From assembly GCA_050734155.1 (NCBI GenBank), contig JBOHUD010000064.1:138181-202180 (forward strand): a stretch of 64,000 nt of DNA. The letters are read 5' to 3'. Below the pieces are notes generated by a model that did not search any database, was not told where the DNA came from, and saw only the letters and a list, made by a program, of their open reading frames with translations. This DNA is from Candidatus Dormibacteria bacterium (GTDB lineage: Bacteria; Chloroflexota; Dormibacteria; Aeolococcales; Aeolococcaceae). Numbering within the stretch: position 1 is the stretch's first letter; every line of letters begins with the position of its first letter. Below are positions 30,432 to 44,565 of this stretch, piece after piece. The position numbers were made by a program, and so were the translations under genes.

Positions 30432-31508
30432 ATGGCCACCGCGACCGCAACCTCCCTGGGCCGGATCGAGAGCCTGCTCGGCAGCGAGGCAAGCGCCCTG
30501 CTCGAGCACCGCTGCGAGACCGTGCCCACCCGGCTGCTCCATCTTCCCGGGCCGGACTTCGTCGACCGGGTGGTGGCGGCGAGCGATCGCAGCGTCCGCG
30601 TGCTGCGCAGCCTGGAGACGCTCTTCGACCACGGCCGCCTGGCCGGGACCGGGTACCTCTCGATCCTCCCCGTCGACCAGGGCATCGAGCACTCGGCGGG
30701 CGCCTCATTCGCGGCCAACCCCGCCTATTTCGATGGCGAGCGGATCGTCGAGCTGGCCGTCGAGGGGGGCTGCAACGCGGTCGCGTCCACCGTCGGCGTG
30801 CTGGGCTCGGTGGCGCGGCGCTGGGCGCATCGCATCCCGTTCATCGCCAAGCTCAACCACAACGAGCTGCTCACCTATCCCAACCGCTTCGACCAGGTGA
30901 TGTTCGGCAACGTGCAGCAGGCGTGGGAGATGGGCGCGGTGGCGGTCGGGGCCACCATCTACTTCGGCTCGGAGGAGGGGATGCGCCAGCTCCGGGAGGT
31001 CACCGAGGCGTTCCAGGAAGCGCACGAGCTGGGCATGGCGACCGTGCTCTGGTGCTACCTGCGCAACAACGCCTTCAAGAAGGACGGCGTCGACTACCAC
31101 ACCGCCGCCGACCTCACCGGCCAGGCCAACCACCTCGGCGTGACCATCCAGGCGGACATCATCAAGCAGAAGCTGCCCACCAACAATGGTGGGTTCACCG
31201 CGCTCGACTTCGGCAAGACCGCCGCGGCGGTGTACGACAGGCTGAGCAGCGACAACCCCATCGACCTGACCCGCTACCAGCTGCTCAACTGCTACTCGGG
31301 ACGATCGCCGCTCATCAACAGCGGCGGCGAGTCCAGGGGCGCCGGCGATCTCGCCGAGGCGGTGCGCACCGCGGTCATCAACAAGCGCGCCGGCGGGGCG
31401 GGGCTGATCACCGGGCGCAAGGCCTTCCAGCGTCCCACCGCGGAGGGGATCGAGCTGCTCAACGCGGTGCAGGACGTGTACCTGCACGACGGGGTGACCG
31501 TGGCATGA
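30432..31508 (+). CDS. fbaB: Class I fructose-bisphosphate aldolase, FbaB/DhnA type
   Basis: Near-collinear identity blocks with E. coli FbaB: [124 protein letters not shown] at 30432. Confidence 0.92.
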   Translation: MATATATSLGRIESLLGSEASALLEHRCETVPTRLLHLPGPDFVDRVVAASDRSVRVLRSLETLFDHGRLAGTGYLSILPVDQGIEHSAGASFAANPAYFDGERIVELAVEGGCNAVASTVGVLGSVARRWAHRIPFIAKLNHNELLTYPNRFDQVMFGNVQQAWEMGAVAVGATIYFGSEEGMRQLREVTEAFQEAHELGMATVLWCYLRNNAFKKDGVDYHTAADLTGQANHLGVTIQADIIKQKLPTNNGGFTALDFGKTAAAVYDRLSSDNPIDLTRYQLLNCYSGRSPLINSGGESRGAGDLAEAVRTAVINKRAGGAGLITGRKAFQRPTAEGIELLNAVQDVYLHDGVTVA

Positions 31509-31888
31509 GCGATCTCGCCGGCTCCTCGGAGGGCGACAGCGAGCTGGCGGAGCCGGTCGGCGGGGCGCCCACCCCGGCGGCCGGCCCGGCGGCCGGCGAT
31601 GCGGAGGACGACGCCGCGGATCCAAGGGACGACCTGGCGGTGAGCACCAGGCATCGCCAGCGGCCCAACAAGGCGGTCCTCCTTCTCGGAGCGCTGGTGG
31701 TGGCGGTCATCGCCCAGGTGGTGATGACCTGGTTGGTGCTCGCCGCGACCACCCAGCTGCGTGATCAGTCCACCATCGCCAACGGGCTGCAGCGCTGCAT
31801 CATCCATGCCCAGCTCAACGTGAACAGCACCACCGACCCGTCGGGGAGCGCCTACAAGGCTGCCGTCCAGAGCTGCATCAACCGGTGA
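31505..31888 (+). CDS. Hypothetical small membrane-anchored protein, translationally coupled to fbaB
   Basis: ATG 31505 overlaps the fbaB stop (ATGA). 127 aa: acidic/Pro-rich N-terminus, single TM ([25 protein letters not shown]), C-terminal domain with two Cys. Confidence 0.5.
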   Translation: MSDLAGSSEGDSELAEPVGGAPTPAAGPAAGDAEDDAADPRDDLAVSTRHRQRPNKAVLLLGALVVAVIAQVVMTWLVLAATTQLRDQSTIANGLQRCIIHAQLNVNSTTDPSGSAYKAAVQSCINR

Positions 31889-31933
31889 CCGTGGCCTGAG
31901 CGCCGCTGCGGGTCCAGGGGTGCGGTGCCGACC

Positions 31934-33136
31934 TCACCTCCCGCGCAGCTCCCGGCGGGCGATCGACTGCAGGTGCACCTCGTCGGGGCCGTCGAGGATG
32001 CGCAGGGCGCGCGTCCACGCATACATCCGCGCCAGGGGGAGGTCATTGCTCATGCCCGCCCCACCATGCACCTGGATGGCGCGATCGACCACCGCGCAGG
32101 CCACCTGCGGGGCCGCCACCTTGATGGCCGCGATCTCGGTGCGCGCAGCCTTGGTGCCCTGCGTGTCCATCAGCCACGCCGCCCTGTGGCAGAGCAGCCG
32201 CACCTGCTCCAGCTCGACGCGTGAGCGGGCGATCGCCTGCTGCACAACGCCCTGCTCGGCGAGCAGCTTGCCGAACGCGGTCCTGGTGCGAGCGCGCTCG
32301 CACATCAGCGCCAGCGCCCGCTCGGCGGTGCCGATGACGCGCATGCAGTGGTGGATCCGCCCTGGCCCGAGCCGTGCCTGGGCGATGGCGAACGCACCGC
32401 CGCGCTCGCCGACGAGGTTGGCGGCGGGCACGCGCACCTCGTCGAACATCACCTCGCAGTGGCTCCCCGGGTCGTCGTAGCCGAAGACCTGGAGCTGGCG
32501 CACCACCTGGACCCCGGGTGCCTCCATGGGCACCAGGACGAAGGAGTGACGCCGGTGCGGCTCGGCGTCGGGATCGCTGAGACCCATGAGCAGCGAAACG
32601 CGCGCCCGGGGATGGGCGGCACCGCTGGTCCACCACTTGCGGCCGGTGACGACGAGCTCGTCGCCATCCTGCTCGATGCGACAGCTGATGTTGGTGGGAT
32701 CGCTGCTGGCCACGTCCGGCTCGGTCATGGCCACGCAGGATCGGATCTCCCCGGCAAGCAGCGGCCTCAGCCATGTCTCCTGCTGCTCCGGCGTGCCGAA
32801 GATCGCCAGCACCTCCATGTTGCCGGTGTCCGGGGCCGAGCAGTTGATCGCCTCCGGGGCGATCAGGCTGTGGCCGGTGATCTCGGCGAGGGGCGCGTAC
32901 TCCAGCGTGGTGAGACCGGCGCCGAATCGCCTGTCGGGCAGGAAGAGGTTCCACAGACCGCGCGAGCGTGCCTCGCTCTTGAGGTCCTCCATGACCGCGG
33001 GAATGTGGTGCGGCACCGTCGCCGCCGAGAACTCCGCGAAGTACCGCTCCTCGGCGGGCATCACGTGCGTGGTCATGAAATCCCAGAGCTGCTCACGCAG
33101 CTCGAGGACCCGGGGCGAGTGGGCGAAGTCCATCAT
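31934..33136 (-). CDS. Acyl-CoA dehydrogenase family protein
   Basis: 400 aa ACAD fold (N-terminal alpha, middle beta, C-terminal alpha domains; ...ARMYAWTRALRILDGPDEVH). Confidence 0.85.
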   Translation of the reverse strand: MMDFAHSPRVLELREQLWDFMTTHVMPAEERYFAEFSAATVPHHIPAVMEDLKSEARSRGLWNLFLPDRRFGAGLTTLEYAPLAEITGHSLIAPEAINCSAPDTGNMEVLAIFGTPEQQETWLRPLLAGEIRSCVAMTEPDVASSDPTNISCRIEQDGDELVVTGRKWWTSGAAHPRARVSLLMGLSDPDAEPHRRHSFVLVPMEAPGVQVVRQLQVFGYDDPGSHCEVMFDEVRVPAANLVGERGGAFAIAQARLGPGRIHHCMRVIGTAERALALMCERARTRTAFGKLLAEQGVVQQAIARSRVELEQVRLLCHRAAWLMDTQGTKAARTEIAAIKVAAPQVACAVVDRAIQVHGGAGMSNDLPLARMYAWTRALRILDGPDEVHLQSIARRELRGR

Positions 33137-34203
33137 GATCCTCCCGAGAGTCCGGCGAGCCCGGAGGCGCTCGCCCTGTCCAGCGCACGCTCGACGATGC
33201 GCGGCACCGCCGGGCCCATGGTCTCGAAGCCGTCACCGACTGTCATCCCCAGGAGGAAACGGGCGTTGATCCCCTCCGCGATGATGGCCAGCTTGTAGTG
33301 ACCGAGCGCGACGTACCACTCCAGGTTGCCCAGGTCGCGCCGGCTGCGCGTCGCGTAGAAGGCGATCATCTGCTCGCGCGAGGGGAACCCCTCGCCCAGG
33401 CTGACCCGGCCGCCGGGCAGGGCGGACGCCGCCGGGTCGGCCCTGTCGGTGACCCAGTACACCACCAGCAGGCCGAGGTCGCAGAGAGGATCGCCGACTG
33501 TGCTCATCTCCCAGTCGACCACCGCCGCGATCCGCCGGGGATCGCCGGGCGCGTAGATGACGTTGTCGAAGCGATAGTCGCCGTGCACGATCCCCGGCGC
33601 CGACTGCGCCGGCACGCCGGCGAGCAGGCGGCGGTGCAGCTCCTCGATGGCCGGCAGCTCGCGGGTCTTGGACGCCTCCCACTGCTGCCACCAGCGCCGC
33701 ACCTGGCGCTCGAGAAACCCCTGCGGGCGCCCGAAGCCCTCCAGTCCCACCTCGGCGGGGACCACCGAGTGGAGGTCGAGGAGGGTGTCGATGAGAGCAA
33801 TCGACATCGCCTCCGCCGTGACCGCCGTCGCCGGCCAGGCGGCGGGAAGCATCTCGCGGACCACGTGGCCGTCGACGAAATCCATGATGTAGAACGGCGC
33901 CCCGATGACGGCCAGGTCGGCGCAGAACAGCACCGCTCCCGGGACCGGGATGGCGGTGCTCTGAAGCGCGCTGATGACCCGCCACTCGCGCGCCATGTCG
34001 TGGGCGGTGGGCAGCACGTGGGCCAGCGGCGGACGCCGCACCACCCACTGCCGCCGGTCGTCGCTGACGGTGTAGGTCAGGTTGGAGCGGCCCCCCGCGA
34101 TCACCTCGGCGCGCAGCGGCCCGGCGATGTCCAGCCCGCCGGAGTCCATGAACGTGCCCAGCGCGCTGAGGTCGAGACCCGGCGGGCTGTCCATGGCGGC
34201 CAA
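33133..34203 (-). CDS. Phosphotransferase (APH/choline-kinase-like) family protein, coupled to the acyl-CoA dehydrogenase
   Basis: 356 aa. Brenner motif VHGDYRFDNVIY and DWEMSTVGDP. Stop overlaps the ACAD start by 4 nt. Confidence 0.8.
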   Translation of the reverse strand: MAAMDSPPGLDLSALGTFMDSGGLDIAGPLRAEVIAGGRSNLTYTVSDDRRQWVVRRPPLAHVLPTAHDMAREWRVISALQSTAIPVPGAVLFCADLAVIGAPFYIMDFVDGHVVREMLPAAWPATAVTAEAMSIALIDTLLDLHSVVPAEVGLEGFGRPQGFLERQVRRWWQQWEASKTRELPAIEELHRRLLAGVPAQSAPGIVHGDYRFDNVIYAPGDPRRIAAVVDWEMSTVGDPLCDLGLLVVYWVTDRADPAASALPGGRVSLGEGFPSREQMIAFYATRSRRDLGNLEWYVALGHYKLAIIAEGINARFLLGMTVGDGFETMGPAVPRIVERALDRASASGLAGLSGGS

Positions 34204-34260
34204 GCCTACCGGCTGGAGCGCCGGGTCAAGCGGGCCACCGGCGTGGATCAGGACCCCCGG

Positions 34261-34682
34261 TCACTCCGAGCGGCGGTCGCGGTGGTGGCCGCGCCGGATC
34301 TCGGCGACGCGAAGCCGGAAGATCGCCCGCTCCAGCCGGGCGGCGGCGTCGGCGTCGCCCTCGTCCTGGGCCAGCGCCTCCTGCGCGGATCTCCGGGCCT
34401 CCTGGGCGGCGGCCTCGTCGATGTCCTCGGCGCGCTCGGCGACGTCCGCCAGGATGACCACCCTGTCGGGCATGACCTCGAGGAAGCCGCCGGCCACGAA
34501 GAAGAAATCCTCGTGGCCATCGTTGCGGACCATGACCTCGCCGGTGCGCAGCGGCGTCAGCAGGGGGATGTGGCGGGGCAGCACGCCGAGGTCGCCCTCG
34601 ACACCGGGCGCGACCACGAAGTCCGCCTCCTGGCTGAGCACCCGGCGCTCGGCGGTGACCAGCTCGACCTGCAGCTTGGCCA

Positions 34683-34683
<1 letters not shown>
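34261..34683 (-). CDS. atpC: F1Fo ATP synthase subunit epsilon
   Basis: 140 aa. MAKLQVELVTAERRVLSQEADFVVAPGVEGDLGVLPRHIPLLTPL. GTG start at 34683 overlaps the atpD TAG by 1 nt. Confidence 0.9.
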
Positions 34684-38748
<4,065 letters not shown>

Positions 38749-38768
38749 GTGGTGTGGTTCCTCGGTGA

Positions 38769-39293
38769 TCAGACCAGCGCCGTCTGGAGCTGCTGCAGGC
38801 GGGTGCGCACGCTGTCGTCGATTACCCGGTCGCCGATGCGGATGACGAGGCCGCCGAGGATGCTGGGATCCTGGCGCACCCGGGTCTGCACGGCCGCACC
38901 GAGCTTGGTGCCCAGCACCTGGCCGATGCGGGCCCTGAGATCGTCGTCGACGGGGACGGCGGTGATCACCTCGGCGCGGATCACCCCGCTGTCGCGGTCG
39001 GTGAGGGCGTCGTAGGTCTCCACCAGGTCGCCGAGCACGCCGAGGCGATTGCGCTCGATGAGCATGCGCACCAGGTTGCGCGCCGGCTCGCCGACGCCCT
39101 CGAGCACCTGCAGCGCCAGGCGGGTGCGGTCGCTCAGCGACAGCCGGGGGTTGGCCAGCGCGTCCGCCACCTCAGGGCTGGACAGGGTCCGCACCGCACC
39201 CACCAGGTCCTCACGTCGGGGCGCGATCCCGCCCTCCTGGCGGGCCAGGTCGAAGTACGCCTGGGCGTAGCGGCGGCCGATCGACGAGGCCAC
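38769..39293 (-). CDS. atpH: F1Fo ATP synthase subunit delta (OSCP)
   Basis: 174 aa. [17 protein letters not shown]... Confidence 0.85.
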   Translation of the reverse strand: MASSIGRRYAQAYFDLARQEGGIAPRREDLVGAVRTLSSPEVADALANPRLSLSDRTRLALQVLEGVGEPARNLVRMLIERNRLGVLGDLVETYDALTDRDSGVIRAEVITAVPVDDDLRARIGQVLGTKLGAAVQTRVRQDPSILGGLVIRIGDRVIDDSVRTRLQQLQTALV

Positions 39294-39821
39294 TCAGCCG
39301 GCTCCGCGACCGTTGCCGGCCTCCACCTGGGCAAGGGACTCCTCGATCAGCCGGGAATGGGCGCTGCGATCGATGGCCTGGCCGAGCACCCTGCCGGCGG
39401 CGGAGACCACCAGGGTGCCCACCTGGGCGCGGATCTCCTGGACGGCGCGGTCGCGTTCCGCAGCGATCTCGGCGCGGGCCCGCTGGAGCTGGGCCTCGGC
39501 GTCGCGCCGCCCCTTGCGGGCCAGCTCCTCGGTCTCCACCACCGCCGCCCTGTGGGCCCGGTCGACAATGTCGCGCGCCTGGGCGCGGGCATCCTCCAGC
39601 TCCCTGGTGACGTCGTCGCGGGCCCGCGCCGCATCCTGGCGGCTGCGCTCGGCCTCCTCGAGCGCCCTGGCGATCTGGTTCTGGCGCGCCTCGGCGGCGG
39701 CCATGATCCGGGGATACACCCAGCGCCGCAGGACGAGCAGCATGGCCACGAAGGCGATCACCTCGACCACGAAGGTGACGTTGATCTCCAGCAGGCTGGC
39801 GTCCGCGACCATCGCTCTCAT
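39294..39821 (-). CDS. atpF: F1Fo ATP synthase subunit b
   Basis: 175 aa. Single N-terminal TM then a long charged helix (EARQNQIARALEEAERSRQDAARARDD...). Confidence 0.85.
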   Translation of the reverse strand: MRAMVADASLLEINVTFVVEVIAFVAMLLVLRRWVYPRIMAAAEARQNQIARALEEAERSRQDAARARDDVTRELEDARAQARDIVDRAHRAAVVETEELARKGRRDAEAQLQRARAEIAAERDRAVQEIRAQVGTLVVSAAGRVLGQAIDRSAHSRLIEESLAQVEAGNGRGAG

Positions 39822-39828
39822 CAGGGAA

Positions 39829-40080
39829 TCAGCCGGCGATCTTGGCGTCGCCGATGAGGATGAAGACGAAGACTAGGTTGATGAAGTACATGGCCTCGAC
39901 CAGGCCGATGATCAGGAACATGGTGACCCGGAGCGCGCCCGCGGCCTCGGGCTGGCGGGCCTGTCCCTGGATGGCGGCGTTGCCGGCGAGCCCGTCTCCG
40001 ATGGCGGCGCCGATGGCGCCTCCGCCAAGTGCGATGCCGGCACCGATCAGGGCCCCGGCCAGGGCGATGGCGTGGTTCAT
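39829..40080 (-). CDS. atpE: F1Fo ATP synthase subunit c
   Basis: 83 aa hairpin with Gly-rich helix 1 and conserved carboxylate in helix 2 ([17 protein letters not shown]). Confidence 0.92.
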   Translation of the reverse strand: MNHAIALAGALIGAGIALGGGAIGAAIGDGLAGNAAIQGQARQPEAAGALRVTMFLIIGLVEAMYFINLVFVFILIGDAKIAG

Positions 40081-40919
40081 TGTGTCTCCCCAGTTGCTAG
40101 GCGTGGGGCCCCGGCCTGAGCGCCGTGGTGCCCCCCTTCTTCCAGTCCTTCTCGAGCCATCCCGAAGTAGATGACGGTGAGCAGCATGAAGATGAATGCC
40201 TGGATGCTGCCGATGAAGAGCACGTCGAACAGCTTCCAGACGGTCACCGGCACCCAGGCGAGGAAGATGGGCAGCTCGCTGAGCAGCTCGACCATCACCA
40301 GGCCGGCAAAGATGTTGCCGAACAGTCGCAGGGAGAGGGTGATCGGCTTGACCACCTCCTCGATGAGGTTGAGCGGGATGAACACCACGCGAACCGCCCA
40401 GTTGAACTCGAAGGGCTTGGTGAATCGGCGCAGATAGCCGCGCAGGCCCTGGACCTTGAGGCTGTACGCCTGCACCACGAGGACGACGACCACGGCCATC
40501 GCCAGGGTCTGGTTGAGGTCGGACGCCGCCGGCTCCAGCGGGCGGGCCAGGGGGAAGAAGGCGAGCCAGTTGGCCACCAGGATGTAGAAGCCGATGGTGG
40601 CCGCGATGGGGATGATGAAGTCGGCGCCCTCGCCGACAGAGTCGCGCACCAGGTCCTTCACGTAGCCGAGAAAGAACTCGAGGAGCATCTGGAGCTTGCC
40701 GGGGCGACCGGAGCGCAGCCGCCGGGCCACCAGGAAACCGATCAGCAGGGTCACCGCAATGGCCAGGGCGCTGCTGATCAGGGTGTCCTGGTTGAGGTCG
40801 CAGGCGGAGATGGGGATGGGGTTCTGGAGCAGTGGCTGGCCGCCGCAGATCGCGGTGGTCGGCTGGCTGACCGTCGGTCCGGCATCGGCGAGCAGCGCGC
40901 CGATCACCGCCGCACCGAC
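40077..40919 (-). CDS. atpB: F1Fo ATP synthase subunit a (start uncertain)
   Basis: C-terminal conserved region ([19 protein letters not shown]) with the essential Arg. The ORF-track ORF carries an artefactual N-terminal extension; plausible start near 40904-40919. Confidence 0.8.
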   Translation of the reverse strand, partial: VGAAVIGALLADAGPTVSQPTTAICGGQPLLQNPIPISACDLNQDTLISSALAIAVTLLIGFLVARRLRSGRPGKLQMLLEFFLGYVKDLVRDSVGEGADFIIPIAATIGFYILVANWLAFFPLARPLEPAASDLNQTLAMAVVVVLVVQAYSLKVQGLRGYLRRFTKPFEFNWAVRVVFIPLNLIEEVVKPITLSLRLFGNIFAGLVMVELLSELPIFLAWVPVTVWKLFDVLFIGSIQAFIFMLLTVIYFGMAREGLEEGGHHGAQAGAPRLATGETQ

Positions 40920-41266
40920 TCCACCACCGCGCTGCCCGCGAGGATGAGCTGGGCGACCGCGATGCCGGCGACGACAGGGACCGCCCGGTCGAAGCCGAAT
41001 CCCAGCCCGGCGACGAGCGCGACCAGGGTGAGCACCACGATGCGCAGCATGCTGGTGGCCAGGAAGGGCACCCCCACCTGGAGGAGGCGGTCGGCGGCGT
41101 AGCCGTTGCCCGCTCCCGCGGCCAGGCCCACCGCCAGCCCCAGCCCGAACGCGAGGTGGCCGAGGATGGTGCCGACCACAGCGCACCCCAGAGCGGCCGC
41201 CAGGCAGGCGATCGCCGCCGCCTGGACGACGTGCGCCGGCCGCGCGGAAACGCTTTTCGAGATCAC
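40904..41266 (-). CDS. AtpI-like small hydrophobic protein preceding atpB
   Basis: 120 aa, four predicted hydrophobic helices; position immediately upstream of atpB as in actinobacterial atp operons. Confidence 0.5.
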   Translation of the reverse strand: MISKSVSARPAHVVQAAAIACLAAALGCAVVGTILGHLAFGLGLAVGLAAGAGNGYAADRLLQVGVPFLATSMLRIVVLTLVALVAGLGFGFDRAVPVVAGIAVAQLILAGSAVVESVRR

Positions 41267-41433
41267 CAGTATCGCCTCAGCCTCAGGTATGCGATCGAGC
41301 CGGCCGCAACGATACCAAGGACGAGCCCGACGAGGACCCCGGCTGTCGAGGCGCCCGCGATTGCACCCAATTGCCAGCCCAACAGCAGCGGAATGGTCAC
41401 TGCGATGGCCATGTACAGACCGAGGCCGAGCAT
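41263..41433 (-). CDS. AtpZ-like (ATPase_gene1 family) small membrane protein
   Basis: Likely start MLGLGLYMAIAVTIPLLLGWQLGAIAG... (ATG ~41433); two TM helices. The ORF-track ORF is extended to 41577. Confidence 0.45.
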   Translation of the reverse strand: MLGLGLYMAIAVTIPLLLGWQLGAIAGASTAGVLVGLVLGIVAAGSIAYLRLRRYW

Positions 41434-41500
41434 CTCCGCATTGCTGACCTCGGCGCCCGGCGGGGGACGCTGATCGTGCCCCTGCCCGGACACCTGGGGC

Positions 41501-42634
41501 TCAGTCGGCCTCGCCGCCGCGACGCACCCGCGCGGGCAGGCTGCGACGGCCGCGCACCACCAGGAAGCCGTCGGCATCGAGCTGGGGGCGGCGCCGCCGG
41601 CTGCGCCACAGCAGCGCCACCAGGGCCACCACCAGGAGCGCCAGGGCGACGTCGAGGATGCGCCGATGGCCGAAGACGAAGAGCGCGACGCAGCCGAGGA
41701 TGGCGGTCATCAGGTAGAAGGCGAGCGCCGTCTCCAGGGGGGTCATGCCCGTGGCCAGCATGCGGTGGTGGAGATGCCCGGCGTCGGGCTGGGTGGGGCT
41801 GAGCCCGGCCCGGCGGCGGCGGACGATCGCGAAGGCGGTGTCGCCGATGGGCAGGCCGAGGGCGATCAGGGGCACGAAGAGGGCCAGCGCCACTGCGATC
41901 TTGGCCACGCCGAGGACGCTGAGCACGGCCAGGGCCACGCCCAGGAAGTGGCTGCCGGTGTCGCCCATGAAGACCCGGGCGGGAGGGAGGTTGAACAGCA
42001 GGAAGCCGGTGCAGCAGCCCATCAGCGCGCCGCTCATGACGATGACGCCGCTCTGCACCCCGCCCGGGCTCTGCACACGGTTGACCGCCGCCAGCAGCAG
42101 GACGCCGGCCACGATGGCGACGACCCCGGCCGCCACCCCGTCGGAGCCGTCGAGCAGGTTGATCGACACCTGCATGCCGAGCACGAACACGGCGGTGATC
42201 GGGGCCGCCAGCCAGCCGAGCTCCACCAGCGACGGTCCATGGCCGCCCGGGATGGCGAAGAAGTTGATGGTGATGCCCAGCCCCGCCGCCAGCGCCCCGG
42301 CGCCGAGCTCGATCGCCAGCTTGGCGTTCCAGGGCAGGTCGAGGATGTCGTCGACGAGCATGGCCGCGGTGATGGCCGCGGTGACGCCGACCACCTGCCA
42401 GCGGTCGGCCACCGGGCCGCCGAAGACGAGCAGCGCGACGGTGAACCCGCCGAAGAGCGCCAGGCCGCCGAGCCGGGGGGTGGGCTCGCGGTGGAGATGG
42501 CGCGAAGCGTCCGGCTCGGCGACGGCCCCGACGCGCCGCGCCACCAGGATGGTGGCGGGGATCAGGACGATGGTGACGACGCTGGCCAGCAGGAAGGGGG
42601 GCAGCGCCGGCAGCCAGGTGACGGCTGCGGTCAC
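41501..42634 (-). CDS. wecA: UDP-GlcNAc:undecaprenyl-phosphate GlcNAc-1-phosphate transferase (WecA/Rfe/TagO, GT4 MraY-like)
   Basis: Probable GTG start 42634 (overlaps the glyA stop, GTGA). Multi-TM, motifs NAKLAIELGAGALAAGLG, LLDGSDGVAAGV, FMGDTGSHFLG. The ORF-track ORF is extended far upstream over glyA. Confidence 0.85.
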   Translation of the reverse strand: MTAAVTWLPALPPFLLASVVTIVLIPATILVARRVGAVAEPDASRHLHREPTPRLGGLALFGGFTVALLVFGGPVADRWQVVGVTAAITAAMLVDDILDLPWNAKLAIELGAGALAAGLGITINFFAIPGGHGPSLVELGWLAAPITAVFVLGMQVSINLLDGSDGVAAGVVAIVAGVLLLAAVNRVQSPGGVQSGVIVMSGALMGCCTGFLLFNLPPARVFMGDTGSHFLGVALAVLSVLGVAKIAVALALFVPLIALGLPIGDTAFAIVRRRRAGLSPTQPDAGHLHHRMLATGMTPLETALAFYLMTAILGCVALFVFGHRRILDVALALLVVALVALLWRSRRRRPQLDADGFLVVRGRRSLPARVRRGGEAD

Positions 42635-43923
42635 CGGCGATAGGGCAGGGGAAAGCGTCGGCAGAGAGCCAGGCTGCGCTCCCGGACCCGGGCCCGGGTG
42701 GCGGGGTCGTCGCAGCTGCCGAGCATGGCCACCACCAGGTCGGCGATCTCGTCCATCTCCGCCTCCCCCATGCCGCGCGAGGTGACCGACGGCGTGCCCA
42801 GGCGGATGCCGTTGGGGTTGTAGGGCGTCGCCCCATGGCCGGGAAAGGCGTTGGCGTTGACGGTGATGCCGGCCTCGTCGAAGGCGTTCTGGGCGGCCCG
42901 GCCGCGCACCCCGAAGGGGCGCAGGTCGACGACCATCAGGTGGTTGTCGGTGCCGCCGGTGGTGAGGCTCACCCCGCGCTCGGTGAGCCCCCGGGCCAGC
43001 GCCGCGGCGTTGCCGACCACCTGCGCGGCGTAGGCGCGGAACTCGGGCTGCAGGCACTGCTCGAACATCACCGCCTTGGCGGCGATGGCGTGCAGGTGCG
43101 GGCCCCCCTGGATGCCCGGGCACACCGACCTGTCGATGGCCTCGGCATGAGCGGCGCGGCACATGATCACCCCGCCCCAGGGACCGCGCATCGTCTTGTG
43201 GGTGGTGAAGGTGACGAAGTCGGCATGGGGAACCGGCGAGGGGTGCGCACCTCCGGCCACCAGCCCGGCGAAGTGGGCCATGTCGACGAGCAGCAGGGCG
43301 CCGACGTCGAGGGCGATGTCGGCAAACGCCGCGAAGTCGAGGAGGCGGGGGTAGGAGCTGTACCCGGCCACGATCATCGCCGGTGCGACCTCATGGGCGC
43401 GGGCGCGCACCTCGTCGTAGTCGAGGCGGCCGTTGGCGTCGCTCACCGTGTACGCCTCGAAGTTGTAGAGGCGCCCGCTGAAGTTGACGGGCGAGCCGTG
43501 GGTGAGGTGGCCGCCCTGATCGAGCGCCATGCCCAGCACGGTGTCGCCGGGCTTGAGCACGCTGGCGTACACGGCCATGTTGGCCTGCGAGCCGGAGTGC
43601 GGCTGGACATTGGCATGCTCGGCGCCGAACAGCTGCCGGCAGCGGTCCCGGGCCAGGTTCTCCACCCTGTCGACCACCTGGCAGCCGCCGTAGTAGCGCT
43701 TCCCGGGGACGCCCTCGGCGTACTTGTTGTTGAGCCAAGACCCCAGCGCCTCGAGGACCGCGACCGAGGCGAGGTTCTCGGAGGGGATCAGCTCGAGGGT
43801 CTCCTCCTGGCGGGTGAGCTCCTCGTCCAGGAGGGCGGCCACCGCGGGGTCGGTGGCGCGCAGCTCCGGCATGGCGGTGAACCCGCTGCCGGCACCGGTG
43901 CCCGCCTGCTGCTGCACTGCCAT
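42631..43923 (-). CDS. glyA: Serine hydroxymethyltransferase GlyA
   Basis: 430 aa. SENLASVAVLEALGS, PLP-Lys region FVTFTTHKTMRGPWGG, TTGGTDNHLMVVDL. Confidence 0.93.
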   Translation of the reverse strand: MAVQQQAGTGAGSGFTAMPELRATDPAVAALLDEELTRQEETLELIPSENLASVAVLEALGSWLNNKYAEGVPGKRYYGGCQVVDRVENLARDRCRQLFGAEHANVQPHSGSQANMAVYASVLKPGDTVLGMALDQGGHLTHGSPVNFSGRLYNFEAYTVSDANGRLDYDEVRARAHEVAPAMIVAGYSSYPRLLDFAAFADIALDVGALLLVDMAHFAGLVAGGAHPSPVPHADFVTFTTHKTMRGPWGGVIMCRAAHAEAIDRSVCPGIQGGPHLHAIAAKAVMFEQCLQPEFRAYAAQVVGNAAALARGLTERGVSLTTGGTDNHLMVVDLRPFGVRGRAAQNAFDEAGITVNANAFPGHGATPYNPNGIRLGTPSVTSRGMGEAEMDEIADLVVAMLGSCDDPATRARVRERSLALCRRFPLPYRR

Positions 43924-43965
43924 CGTGGTCGACCTCCTCGCGCGGCGGAACGCCGTCCCCGGCCG

Positions 43966-44565
43966 TCAGCCCTGCACGAATTCCCGGAGCCTGCGGCTGT
44001 CGATCGGCCCGTCGCGCAGGATGCGCGCTGGGGTCACGCTGCAGTCGATGATAGTGGAGGCCACGCCGCCGGGGCGGCCGCCGCTCAGCACGACGGCGAC
44101 CTCGTCCCCGAAGGCGCGGCGGACGGCGGCGGCGCTGCCGGCCGGCGCGGCGCCGTGGCGGTTGGCGCTGGTGCTGGCCAGCGGACGGCTGCGCTGGAGC
44201 AGGTCACGGAGGCGGCCGTGGTCGGGGACGCGCACCGACAGGGTGGAGCCGTGGCGCGGGATGGCCAGGCTGCGCTCGCCCACGGGCAGCACCATGGAGA
44301 GGGGTCCGGGCCAGAAGGCGGCGGCCAGGCGGCGCGCCGCGGCGGTCCAGCGCACCACCTCCTCGAGGTCGCCGGCAGAGGCGGCGAGGAGGGTCAGCTC
44401 CAGGCCGGCGGGTCGGCGCTTGAGGGCGTAGACCCTGTCCACGGCGGCGGCGTCGGCGGGGTTGCAGACCAGCCCGTACACGGTGTCGGTGGCCACCGCC
44501 AGGACCTCGCCCCGGCGCAGCGCGGCCACGGCGGCCGTCAGCGGGTCGCGGGTGGAGCCGGGCAT
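43966..44565 (-). CDS. tsaC: L-threonylcarbamoyladenylate synthase (Sua5/YrdC/TsaC family, YrdC domain only)
   Basis: 199 aa from ATG 44565. GEVLAVATDTVYGLVCNP, SANRHG. The ORF-track ORF (to 45483) runs out of frame through prmC. Confidence 0.85.
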   Translation of the reverse strand: MPGSTRDPLTAAVAALRRGEVLAVATDTVYGLVCNPADAAAVDRVYALKRRPAGLELTLLAASAGDLEEVVRWTAAARRLAAAFWPGPLSMVLPVGERSLAIPRHGSTLSVRVPDHGRLRDLLQRSRPLASTSANRHGAAPAGSAAAVRRAFGDEVAVVLSGGRPGGVASTIIDCSVTPARILRDGPIDSRRLREFVQG

